A stretch of 64,000 bases of DNA from sequence record MN695334.1; one strand, 5' to 3'. Positions 46,534-56,269 of this stretch are shown here, piece after piece. How positions within the stretch are numbered: the stretch's first letter is position 1; every line of letters begins with the position of its first letter. Below the pieces are notes generated by a model. It did no database searches. It was given only the letters and a program-made list of their open reading frames with translations, and was not told where the DNA came from. A program made the position numbers and the translations under genes.

Positions 46534-48015
46534 ATGAAACTCTCTTCTCAACAAGTCGTGGCAGTCGATGCTATTGAAAATGGGAAAGATTCGATTGTAC
46601 TTGAGGCCGTGGCCGGGAGTGGTAAAACTAGCACTCTGATTGAAATGTTGAAAGTCACCATGGGTTCGGTGAGATTTTGTGCATTTAATAAGGCAATTGC
46701 ACAGGAAATTAAGGCAAAGATTGCAAATCAAAATCTTTCTCATGTGAGAGTAGGAACTCTTCATAGTTTTGGTTTCGAAGCACTTCGTGGTGCAGTCTCC
46801 AGAGTGAATGTGAATGGAAATAAGCTTCAGGATCTTGCACAACAAGAATTTAATGGTGAATATCAAATTCTCAGGCAGTTTGTGTCTTCGGCTGTTGCAA
46901 TGGCCAAGGAGGTTGGCATTGGGGCATGTGTAGAGAATACTTATGAAAATTGGATTCAGATGTTCGATCATTATGATCTGTGGGAATCTCTTTCTATAGA
47001 AGTTCCTAATGAGTCTGCGGTTGATGCTTGTCAATATCTTCTGAATCTATCAAATGAAATCACAGATACCATTGACTTTGCAGACATGATTTATCTGCCG
47101 ATTCTGAAAAAATATAAAATCTCTCAGTGTGATAATGTCTTTCTGGATGAGGCCCAGGATACAAATGGTCCACGTAGAGAACTNGTCAGAATGATGTTGA
47201 AGCCGGGTGGTAGACTGGTTGCTGTGGGTGATTCTCATCAGGCCATCTATGGTTTCACAGGTGCAGATCACAATGCCCTGAAACTCATTCAAGAACAATT
47301 CAATGCCAAATCTTTGCCTCTTTCGGTGACATTTCGTTGTCCCAAAAATGTAGTCAAGGTGGCACAACAATGGGTAAATCATATTGAATCTCACGAATCT
47401 TCTCCTGAAGGTATTGTGGATGAGTGTGAAATCGCACAACTTCCCAGTATTGTAACTCAGAAAGATGCTATTATCTGCCGAAACACCAAGCCACTTATCG
47501 AGGTCGCCTATACTCTCATTCGCAACAACGTTCCTTGTAAAGTAGAGGGTCGTAAGATTGGNGAAGGTCTGATTAAACTCGCACAACGATGGAAAGTCAA
47601 GACTGTACAACAACTTGCGGATAAACTGGAAGATTGGAAAGAAAAAGAAATTCTCAANTATCGTGAGAAGGGNAATGATACCAAGTGNCAAATTATCGAA
47701 GATCAGGCAGATACTTTGTTTGTCTTTATTGATCANTGTAAGGCTGATGATTTCATTCCTGTGTTGATTGAAAAAATCAAGGCTCTCTTTGATGATACTC
47801 AGAACAAGGAAATTCTGACTCTTTCGACCATTCATAAGTCCAAGGGTCGTGAATGGAATCGAGTTTTTGCACTTGGAATGACTACATATTCTCCTTCCAA
47901 ATGGGCCAAAAAGAGTTGGGAAATGCAACAAGAGAATAATCTTCTTTATGTTCAAGTCACTCGGGCCAAGGCACATCTGACTCGCGTAAATGTTCCCACA
48001 GTGAATTCCAAATGA
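46534..48015 (+). CDS. UvrD/Rep-like SF1 helicase
   Basis: AVAGSGKTST, LDEAQD, VGDSHQAIYGF, TIHKSKGREW, LYVQVTRAK. Confidence 0.92.
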   Translation: MKLSSQQVVAVDAIENGKDSIVLEAVAGSGKTSTLIEMLKVTMGSVRFCAFNKAIAQEIKAKIANQNLSHVRVGTLHSFGFEALRGAVSRVNVNGNKLQDLAQQEFNGEYQILRQFVSSAVAMAKEVGIGACVENTYENWIQMFDHYDLWESLSIEVPNESAVDACQYLLNLSNEITDTIDFADMIYLPILKKYKISQCDNVFLDEAQDTNGPRREXVRMMLKPGGRLVAVGDSHQAIYGFTGADHNALKLIQEQFNAKSLPLSVTFRCPKNVVKVAQQWVNHIESHESSPEGIVDECEIAQLPSIVTQKDAIICRNTKPLIEVAYTLIRNNVPCKVEGRKIXEGLIKLAQRWKVKTVQQLADKLEDWKEKEILXYREKXNDTKXQIIEDQADTLFVFIDXCKADDFIPVLIEKIKALFDDTQNKEILTLSTIHKSKGREWNRVFALGMTTYSPSKWAKKSWEMQQENNLLYVQVTRAKAHLTRVNVPTVNSK

Positions 48016-48246
48016 AATGGTCTAAATTCCCTCAAAGTGAACCAGAACAATCTGGATACTATATGACTCGGTATCTAGATGTAATTCAAAACAAGAGATT
48101 CTACAAACGTATCTACTGGCGAGAAGATTTACGAAAATGGATGTCATGGAGACCACCACATTTCGAACATGTCTTTACAGTTGAATGTTTTAAATTAAAC
48201 TCCAGAACCGATCTTTATGTCTAAATAATTTAAATTATACATTTAA

Positions 48247-48705
48247 ATGGGCAAGAAAAAGGACAAAAAGAAAAAAGAAGTTGATGTCACCATACGAAAT
48301 CGAGAGGTTGTTTATGGTGACACAGCGCCTAATTCAAAAGAAAGAAAAGCCGCAATTCAACATATGCTGAGAAATTATACCGGAGGCAGAGCAGTGAAGC
48401 GTTATGTTAATGGCAAAATGCCAGAGCTAAATGAAAATGCAATTGTTGAATATCTAATCGCAGAAGAGTTTGCCACAAGCGAATCTTCTGCGATTTTGAT
48501 TATGCAGCATATGAGTGATGAATGGCTAGAGCATATTCTTTCTGAATCCAAGAGAGGCGAGGCTTATGCTAAAGCACTTCAAAAACTTAGAAAATCAATT
48601 GAGTCTGGTGAAGAAGAATCCAAGGCCAAAGTAGAACCAACACCAGAAAAGAAATACATTCCAACTAAAAGAGTCACACAACTATCCAAGGTAGCAATTC
48701 GATGA
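48247..48705 (+). CDS. Late hypothetical protein with acidic helical domain
   Basis: CTAAATA upstream (~48222-48228); shares a domain with 29859-30110. Confidence 0.6.
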   Translation: MGKKKDKKKKEVDVTIRNREVVYGDTAPNSKERKAAIQHMLRNYTGGRAVKRYVNGKMPELNENAIVEYLIAEEFATSESSAILIMQHMSDEWLEHILSESKRGEAYAKALQKLRKSIESGEEESKAKVEPTPEKKYIPTKRVTQLSKVAIR

Positions 48706-48956
48706 AAACATTTCAAACATTCACAGAAGAAGCCGAAGTCATGAATCTTCTACAATTAGAAGAAAGTGAGATTTATGCATTAATAGAGTCAGATAGTATT
48801 CGGGCAAATATTGCTAGAACCGCAGCCCAAAAATTACCAGCATCACAACTAAAGAAAAAACTTCTTCTTTATGCAACATTAAAGTATGCAGATAAGAATA
48901 AGAAAAAAAGTTATAAATTAGCAGACACACAACAAGGTGTAACAAAAGCGAAATAA
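48702..48956 (+). CDS. Putative capsid-internal protein with T4-type capsid-targeting sequence
   Basis: N-terminus MKTFQTFTEE resembles T4 internal-protein leader MKTYQEFIAE. Confidence 0.55.
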   Translation: MKTFQTFTEEAEVMNLLQLEESEIYALIESDSIRANIARTAAQKLPASQLKKKLLLYATLKYADKNKKKSYKLADTQQGVTKAK

Positions 48957-48963
48957 GTTTTTT

Positions 48964-49479
48964 TTATTGAACACCATTTACATGTAGTAACTTACGTAGA
49001 CCATATCTCTGTATATGTTCTTCTAAACCAACCAATAAAAGTTGTTCAATAAAATCATGCTCATTCGGAAGATTCAATCCTTTACGTATAGTTGCCTCTC
49101 TGACCATATTACACTTCTTAAGTAATTCGTTAGGTGGGCTTATTTTTTCTTTATTCCCAGGAATATACCATTCAAGATTTTCTATATTATTTTCTACACC
49201 ATTTTTATGCATTACTGGTTTGGAAATATCATCAGATTTAATGAATGCCATAGAGACTAATCTATGAACATAAACTTTCTTTGGTTTTCTTTTATTGTAA
49301 AGAGTAACAGTAAAATATCTTCCTTTTTCTTTTGCCCAACTAGGCTTTAGTTTCTTTATGTACTTGCCGCCCTTAGTAGACCAAACAATACCATTCACAT
49401 CTACAATATAATCTTCGAATTCTTCGAATCCAGGTATAACACTAACTTGCTTCCATCTGGTATTATTAAAGTAATCCAT
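48964..49479 (-). CDS. NUMOD4-like/HNH endonuclease (possibly degenerate)
   Basis: YIVDVNGIVWS...VYVHRLVSMAFI...VMHKNGVENNIENLEW; two CTAAATA late motifs upstream. Confidence 0.75.
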   Translation of the reverse strand: MDYFNNTRWKQVSVIPGFEEFEDYIVDVNGIVWSTKGGKYIKKLKPSWAKEKGRYFTVTLYNKRKPKKVYVHRLVSMAFIKSDDISKPVMHKNGVENNIENLEWYIPGNKEKISPPNELLKKCNMVREATIRKGLNLPNEHDFIEQLLLVGLEEHIQRYGLRKLLHVNGVQ

Positions 49480-49610
49480 GGTAGATATAATGATAGTGTG
49501 GTAGGTATATATTTAGGATATTTAGGGTATTTTGGACGAATTTGGTATATCAAATATTAAAATTGCATTAGAGTTTTATTATAGGTATATTAGATATTAA
49601 ATTCTTATAC

Positions 49611-49749
49611 TTTTTTAATGTTTATTCTTTTTATTTTTATGATTTTTTAATGTTTATTCCTTTTATTTTGTTTATTATTTTATGATTTTTTAATGTTTAT
49701 TCCTTTTATTTTTATGATTTTTTAATGTTTATTCCTTTTATTTTTATGA
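49611..49749. repeat. Four tandem copies of a 32-bp AT-rich unit
   Basis: TTTTTTAATGTTTATTC(C/T)TTTTATTTTTATGA at 49611, 49643 (+11-nt insert), 49686, 49718. Confidence 0.9.
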
Positions 49750-50027
49750 TTTTTATGTAGCAACCTAGGACCGCAATAACTAACAAAAATATTTTTAATT
49801 ATAAAAAGAAAAAAATTGTAAAAATACCCATAACCAAAAAATAAACATAAAGGCCGTGAGAGGCACCTAGAAGCCCCTATAAGGCATCTCTAACCGCTGT
49901 TAGGTACCCTAGGATGGTCAACCGTATAAGACAGCCTCTGAGGCGATTAGCCAATCATAAAACTGTCCACTCATAAGAAATTTTAGCGTCTTATGTTGTA
50001 TTCTGTATAAGTAATCGAAAGATACAT

Positions 50028-50111
50028 GCATCTGTGGCGGAATTGGTAGACGCAACGGACTTAAAATCCGTAGCCTTTCGAGGCGTGAGAGTTCGAGTCT
50101 CTCCTGATGTA
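50028..50111 (+). tRNA. trnL: tRNA-Leu(TAA), no encoded CCA
   Basis: D-arm GCGGAATTGGTAGACGC, anticodon arm ACGGA-CTTAAAA-TCCGT, T-arm GAGAG-TTCGAGT-CTCTC; no intron. Confidence 0.93.
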
Positions 50112-50475
50112 TTACAACAAATCGCATAACTTATGTCACCGATTGATTATATTGTAAACTTCATGTTTTACACAATATTTGGCATTTTGTTGTCTGTGAT
50201 TATAAAGTTTGTAAGATAGTATTTGTATAAATAATAAAGTGAATCAATTCTTTTTCATTAGAAGTACCCAGGAATCATAGATTCGGTCACTGCTTCAAAC
50301 AAAAAGAATCGTTATTTTAATCATAAACCTCTTACATTCTCCTGCGGGATAAAGAATTAAAGTTTATTTCTTAAAATAATAATATATCATAAACAATAGA
50401 ATAAGAAAAAGGTTATTTCCAATTTGAATGTAAAAATTCAAAATCCTTAAGGAATTATTCTCATGCGATAAAATA

Positions 50476-51141
50476 ATGTTACTTACACTTCTGACTTGCA
50501 TACAATTAGAAACAATCACAAATAATATACAAAAGAATTTTACTCTTACTCAGACTCAGCGCACTGAGTTAATCTCTCAAGTAAGACAATCGGCACCTCC
50601 AACATGTTGGCCGATGAAACGTGCAGAGGATCCTGTAACATTCGTGGGAGATTCAATTACAGCATTTAATAATTGGCAGGCTGCTTTTCCTGAAAGAATT
50701 ACATATAATCAAGGTGTTCCTGGTGATACTTCTTATCATATTGCAGTTCGGGCGAATACTATAAAAAACACTGGAGCCAAAACATATATTATGATGATGG
50801 GAATTAATGATATCTTATGGTGGAAATTTGACCCACAAAATATTCGTGATAGAATCGTAATGATTCGAGATTATTTAAAATCAACCACAGGATCTAGAGT
50901 TGTAGTACAATCTACAATTACATGTACCCGATCACTTTGTGGTTCTGAATCATTAAATAAAGTCAACGAATTAAATCGTCTTCTGAGAGATAGAATACCT
51001 AAAGAAGATTTTCTTGATATAAACACCGTGTTATCTGATAGAAATGGTTTAAGACCAGAATATACTTATGACGGCATACATTTAAATGCTGTTGGTTATT
51101 CTGTATGGCAACAAAAACTTAGATCTAGTGGATTACTATAG
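50476..51141 (+). CDS. SGNH/GDSL hydrolase with short N-terminal helical module
   Basis: VGDSIT, NQGVPGD, MMGIND, YDGIHLN - all four catalytic blocks. Confidence 0.9.
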   Translation: MLLTLLTCIQLETITNNIQKNFTLTQTQRTELISQVRQSAPPTCWPMKRAEDPVTFVGDSITAFNNWQAAFPERITYNQGVPGDTSYHIAVRANTIKNTGAKTYIMMMGINDILWWKFDPQNIRDRIVMIRDYLKSTTGSRVVVQSTITCTRSLCGSESLNKVNELNRLLRDRIPKEDFLDINTVLSDRNGLRPEYTYDGIHLNAVGYSVWQQKLRSSGLL

Positions 51142-51294
51142 ATAATTAACTACAGAAACCCTTCAAAAGCGACAAACACACTCTAGACACATAAAAAATA
51201 AAAGTCAAGTGTCTGTGGTACAGTTATTCAACTGTCACACTATATGGTATGAAGACATTATCCGTGATACATTTTTGGTGTTGAATAAAACATC

Positions 51295-52096
51295 ATGAAA
51301 ACTCTAGACTTTACGGATACTGAATTAGAGAAACTTCGTGCTCTGATTTATCGAGAAATGATGGTATGTTGTCGCAATAAGGATCAAATTTATCAGAATG
51401 AACTACAAATGATCTTTGATAAACTTAAGCCTTAAGTTTGTCTCAACTACGTATCAATCACGAATTATTACATCATGCAAACTGATCAGAACGAAAATCG
51501 TATTATCTGGGTGATTGGCGCGATGGAGCGTCTATCATGGCTTGGATATTTTAAGGCGATTGGTTATATTGTAAGTGAAGACGATATAGATCTTTATTAT
51601 GATCTAGATGATGCTCGTGAGTATCTTTTTGATTATGATGAACAGATCATGAGTTATCTGGAAGGCGTTTTTTATGGTAAAAACATGTCTCCGACAACGA
51701 TGCACGAAATATATACGTTACTTGTAACTTATAAGAATGACAGAAATCGCGTATTCTCCTATGGTATGAATCATTTGGTGGGAGCAATTTAAAATGTCAC
51801 ACCTAAATCTACATGAATTTGCAAAAACATTCATTCAACAATGTTGCGATCATGTTCCTTATCAGTTAGATTTTAATTCAGTATGTCAAGAAATTGAAGA
51901 TATATTGAATGAGAAGACTATCTGTGGTGATGATGATGTCACAGGATACTGGGAAATTCGTTATTTTTTTGGTCCACATGATTTGAGCTTTATTAATAAG
52001 AATTGGTGGGATACTTATAATAACCTATCATATGATCAACAAAAAGAAGTTCATGAATATTTAAAGAATGTTTGGCCTGATACTTGGAGACGATAA
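51295..52096 (+). other. Three small early hypothetical ORFs
   Basis: 51295-51435 (untracked, 46 aa), 51475-51792, 51794-52096, behind the box at 51218. Confidence 0.6.
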
Positions 52097-52405
52097 CATA
52101 TTAAATATTAGAATTTCATTAGAATCTCATTAGAGTTTTATAATGGAGTTCTTATTATACTATAATATAATATTGCAGGGTGAGTGACGATCTTTTTTAT
52201 CATAAAGGTTACATCACCTCTCGTTCAATTTTTATATTAAACAAGCATAAGAAGAATTTCTTTTAACTGAAGTCAGTCTAGCAGGTTTTGATGGCATTTG
52301 GGTATAAGCATCGCTTATCTGTCACATCAGCAGGACTTATTGATGAATGGTCGCAGTGGCGCTTTGAGTGTGCTATTCTATGGGAGTCACCAACAAATCC
52401 CGGTC

Positions 52406-53161
52406 ATGCTCAAGTTTTCCTTTGGTAACAGCAAACTTGCTAATGACACTCTGATCTTTAGTCTTCCTGCTGGTCAGTCTTGTCCCGGTGCAGATAAATG
52501 TCTTGCATTTGTGAATATGAATGGGGAAGGAAAGCGATCTATTGTGGATGGTCCACAAATGGAATTTCGTTGTTTTGCTGCTTCTAGTGAGGCAACATAT
52601 CCTCCTGTTTATAATTCTCGTCAGCATAATTGGACTACAATCAAAAATCTTATTAAGAATTTTGGTGTAGGTAAGGCTGGTAGTATGGTTGCAGAGTATA
52701 TTCAATCGATTCGTAAAAAATCTACCAAACTGGTTCGTATTCACGAATCTGGTGATTTTTATTCGGCGGATTACTTTGCGATGTGGATGCATGTTTGTCG
52801 TTTGATTCCTGATCTGAAGTTTTATGCTTATTCTAAGAATCTTTCTATGATTCTTGATTATGGCATGGACATGTTGCCTCAGAATTTCTATCTGACAGCA
52901 TCAAAAGGTGGTAAGTTTGATCACCTGATTGATGAAGGATTCTTTCCACGTTATTCTGTGGTAGTAAAGAATGATGCTGAGGCAGAGGCAATGGGTCTGG
53001 AAGTGGACCATGATGATTCACATTGCTATAAGCAAGATGGGCCATTTGCTCTTCTTGTGCATGGCATTCAGGCGGCTGGAAGTGAATGGGGCAAGGCAAT
53101 TCGTGAGCGTAAGAATAACAAACAGTTCACCGGATATAATAAAAATAAAGTCGCAGCATAG
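52406..53161 (+). CDS. GP88 (mycobacteriophage gene 88)-like protein
   Basis: GNSKL...FSLPAGQSCPGADKC...RCFAAS...VRIHESGDFYS...FYAYSK; likely start ATG 52406. Confidence 0.75.
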   Translation: MLKFSFGNSKLANDTLIFSLPAGQSCPGADKCLAFVNMNGEGKRSIVDGPQMEFRCFAASSEATYPPVYNSRQHNWTTIKNLIKNFGVGKAGSMVAEYIQSIRKKSTKLVRIHESGDFYSADYFAMWMHVCRLIPDLKFYAYSKNLSMILDYGMDMLPQNFYLTASKGGKFDHLIDEGFFPRYSVVVKNDAEAEAMGLEVDHDDSHCYKQDGPFALLVHGIQAAGSEWGKAIRERKNNKQFTGYNKNKVAA

Positions 53162-53254
53162 TATGTGATAACTGTGCCAGTGATACAACTGGCACATAAA
53201 TCTCCCATTCGCTTTTCCTTTCCCGTATATTATTCAAGTAAGCAACTGAAACAC

Positions 53255-54104
53255 ATGAACCGGTCACTCATTGTTGTTCAAATCAAGCCCAAAATGTTTT
53301 GTTCGATTGGACTGCATTGGGAGTATGGTCAAAAAATTGAAGATTGGTTGAATAGTCTGAATCTATCTGAGATTCATGGTCTCATTTCTGTAGGACATCG
53401 ATCCACAATTAAAGAATCTTATCGAGCACTTCCTTATACTTTGCCTGATGTTGATTGTAAGCATTGGACACATAAAACACTAAAGGAAGCAGTTCTTAAC
53501 ATTGAACATAAAACTCTTGCTTATCATAATGGCAAGACATGGAAATTCACTCATAATAATAATTAAATTTTAGGAAGGAGTTTGCCTTAAAAGTTACTCA
53601 ATGTGTAGATGTTAATATAAAGTAGTATGCCTCATTTTTATCGTCTATTGTCGAGGGTTGTTGTTTTAGGAAAGGATTGCCCCTTTCCTTTTTTTTATGT
53701 TTATAAAATTATAAATTTGCAGGGGAATTGTCGATCATTTAATCATAAAGCCTACTTCGGCTCTCCTTTCCTTGTGACATCATTCTAGCACCTTCCAGCG
53801 GCTTCTGTGAGCCTCTGGTGATCAGTGTTGCTTATGAGTCGAATCAGCAATGCTTATGAATAAATGCTTGACTTTGGAATCGTTATGCCTTATTCTATGA
53901 ATGTAGAAACGCATCAGATTCATGAATCAATCATTCTGCATGGCTTCGGATATTGAAACTCGTGCCACGATGTGGGCCGCGATTCATACTGACGGCACAC
54001 CGATTTACGTACAGCCTTGTGAACCACTTCTGTTTGATTCGGTGTGTTTAGCAAGTCTTTATGCAAATCTTCACACTCGCTTCAATTACGATCCTTTTTC
54101 GTAA
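53255..54104 (+). other. Two hypothetical ORFs (53255-53566, 53922-54104)
   Basis: Each sits directly behind its own promoter cassette; 53255 is the in-frame ATG downstream of the -10 at 53226. Confidence 0.6.
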
Positions 54105-54144
54105 TCAAAAAGTTTAATTCTAATTCAACTATTCCTTATTTGTC

Positions 54145-54774
54145 ATGCTTACTCCTATTCAATTCAAGCAAAACTTCTACCAAATGATGAAGGAAATTGA
54201 AGACAAAACTCTTGATGTCCTTTATGAATATGCGGAGGAACTTGCTTCTGAAATTTATCTCCGTGCTCATACACAAATCACTCAATTTCAGTGGAACAAT
54301 CTAGTTAAAACTTGTTCGGTAATTGCGGCCAATACAGATCGCTTTTATATGAACTCATATCATGATGCTTACAGGTCTGAGTGTGGTACAACTCATTGTC
54401 TTGCAGGTTGGTCAATCTCGTTGCTGTTGAAGGATACTAACTATGAGGATTCCCAAGTAGGCAAACTATTGATGGTACTGGAGAATTACACTGCTGACAT
54501 GGAACGATTTTTTTGTGAATATTCCGGTCCGAATAACTCTCAAATTGGTGCATTTTTGTTGTCGGAATATGTAAAGCCTTTCTTTTATATTACCAACAGA
54601 ACTATGTGGAAAGATAATCAACTTGTACTTAACAATACGGCTGAGGAATTGGTTACCAAATATCTCATCAATCCTGTGCTGGAAGAAGCTAAACGTGAAA
54701 GTCATGAATTGACTACTGAAGTACAACAATTCATCGAACGTGCCGGAAACAAAATTGAATGTGGTATTAAATGA
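54145..54774 (+). CDS. CGTxHCxAGW family protein, copy 6
   Basis: CGTTHCLAGWS...LSEYVKPFF. Confidence 0.85.
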   Translation: MLTPIQFKQNFYQMMKEIEDKTLDVLYEYAEELASEIYLRAHTQITQFQWNNLVKTCSVIAANTDRFYMNSYHDAYRSECGTTHCLAGWSISLLLKDTNYEDSQVGKLLMVLENYTADMERFFCEYSGPNNSQIGAFLLSEYVKPFFYITNRTMWKDNQLVLNNTAEELVTKYLINPVLEEAKRESHELTTEVQQFIERAGNKIECGIK

Positions 54775-54815
54775 AATAAAGAATCGGCAAGAATGAATCA
54801 CAATTAAAACAATCG

Positions 54816-54840
54816 GGAGCCAAATTTGGCTCCTTTTTTT
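54816..54840 (+). terminator. Rho-independent terminator
   Basis: Perfect palindrome GGAGCCAAATTTGGCTCC followed by T7; similar hairpins close other cassettes (~53669, 56465, 57052, 57988, 58612). Confidence 0.8.
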
Positions 54841-55043
54841 ATTGTTTATATCTTATAATTCTGCAGGCGAAGTGTCCTGTTTTGTATTATCACGCTTCTG
54901 CGCTTTCCTTGTTTGTTGAATACAGTCTAGCACGGCACAGGCGGCCCCGTGACCAACCCGACCAGTTTTCTAACTGTCCACCACCAGCCCCGGTTGCTAG
55001 TTTCTAGGTTGTATAATAATTATGTCGTCAAGGATTTTCTCTC

Positions 55044-55577
55044 GTGCTTACTCCTCTTGATTTTCGCAACAGTTTTAATAAAATTATGGCAGAAATTGAG
55101 GTGAAAGATCTTCCCGTCAACATTTTTATCCAACAAGAGAATTACAAAAAGATTCTTGCTGATGTAGATAAAACAGATACTTTCACTGAATATCAGTGGA
55201 GGAAGCTGGTCAGAGTTTGCCGGGCGATCAAAGAATATGAAACTCGGTTTTCAATGGACGATTGGCATTATAAAAAAGGTTGCGGAACAACACATTGTCT
55301 GGCTGGTTGGACACTTGCTCTAGAATATGGTGATATCGATATTGATGATATTAATGTGGATGATCGCAGGATGCTTGTTCCTGATGATTATATGAATGAT
55401 GAATATTTGAGCACACCCAAGACTGCTGAGTTTTTTCTATCAAAATATACTCGACCATTCTTTTTCTTCACGAATCGAGTTGATGGTGTTAATAAAGACG
55501 CAGAGAGGCTGGTCATGAAATACTTTATCGAGCCCATTCTTCAAGAAGACGATAAAGATAAGCTCAACAGCTTCTGA
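55044..55577 (+). CDS. CGTxHCxAGW family protein, copy 7
   Basis: CGTTHCLAGWT...LSKYTRPFF. Confidence 0.85.
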   Translation: MLTPLDFRNSFNKIMAEIEVKDLPVNIFIQQENYKKILADVDKTDTFTEYQWRKLVRVCRAIKEYETRFSMDDWHYKKGCGTTHCLAGWTLALEYGDIDIDDINVDDRRMLVPDDYMNDEYLSTPKTAEFFLSKYTRPFFFFTNRVDGVNKDAERLVMKYFIEPILQEDDKDKLNSF

Positions 55578-55663
55578 ACCACTTCAATAACTGTCTACCG
55601 GTAATCACGGTTGCCGGTTTCATTTTCTAGAATAACCAAGTCAACCACGTTTCTTTCGAAAAA

Positions 55664-56095
55664 ATGCTCATCAATCCTCAAGCCATGGAAAATCTGACCA
55701 AAAATGTAGATTGGGCCGAAACGATTCAAGAACTGAATAAGAATAATCCTGCATCTTATGAATCTCTTCTTAATCTTCTGTTTTCTTCAGTTCAACCAGT
55801 TTACAAAATCGAAATCGAACAAGACTACAATCCAGTAAAAACTATTGATTCTCGGTTGATTCGAACTTACGACTTCGTCGTAACTGCTGTTAAAAATACC
55901 GTGAATGGTAGTTGTACCGATAACTCCAAGATCTCCGCAATTAAGGCTCTTCGTTCTGAGTTTGATGTGAATCTCAAGAATGCGAAAGACTGCGTTGAGA
56001 AAATGATGCAAATGTATAAAAATAATCCTGACTGTAGTTTTATGTTTTATTATAAAACCGGTGGTGATCTCGACATTAGCTGCTATGTCCAGTAA
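55664..56095 (+). CDS. Protein with ribosomal bL12 C-terminal-like motif
   Basis: KISAIKALRSEFDVNLKNAKDCVE vs bL12 consensus KIxVIKxVRxxTGLGLKEAKDLVE. Confidence 0.6.
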   Translation: MLINPQAMENLTKNVDWAETIQELNKNNPASYESLLNLLFSSVQPVYKIEIEQDYNPVKTIDSRLIRTYDFVVTAVKNTVNGSCTDNSKISAIKALRSEFDVNLKNAKDCVEKMMQMYKNNPDCSFMFYYKTGGDLDISCYVQ

Positions 56096-56269
56096 AAGCC
56101 TCTAGAAGGCCCTTCTACGCTGAATCATGGGCCATCCTGTCTAGGGTGGCTTTTTCATGCCTTCTAGAGGCTTCTAGAGGCCATGTGCCAATTCTGAAAG
56201 TGCACACAAATCACCTGGCTTCACCGTCAACATGCTGTAGAATAAGGGAGTCCCAGACAAATTCGGATC

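Noticed and set aside
24683-47976. Long shadow ORFs (e.g. 7834-8571, 24683-25150, 27156-27617, 43619-44248, 45603-45953, 47050-47976)
   Set aside because: They overlap well-supported + strand genes and arise from codon periodicity or repeat symmetry
49611-49749. 32-bp tandem repeat as CRISPR
   Set aside because: Contiguous copies with no unique spacers; low complexity
54863-54917. CsrA/RsmA sponge (AAGGA and CAGGA motifs)
   Set aside because: The GGA motifs are not in the covarying hairpin loop and are missing from some copies; no evidence the host has CsrA
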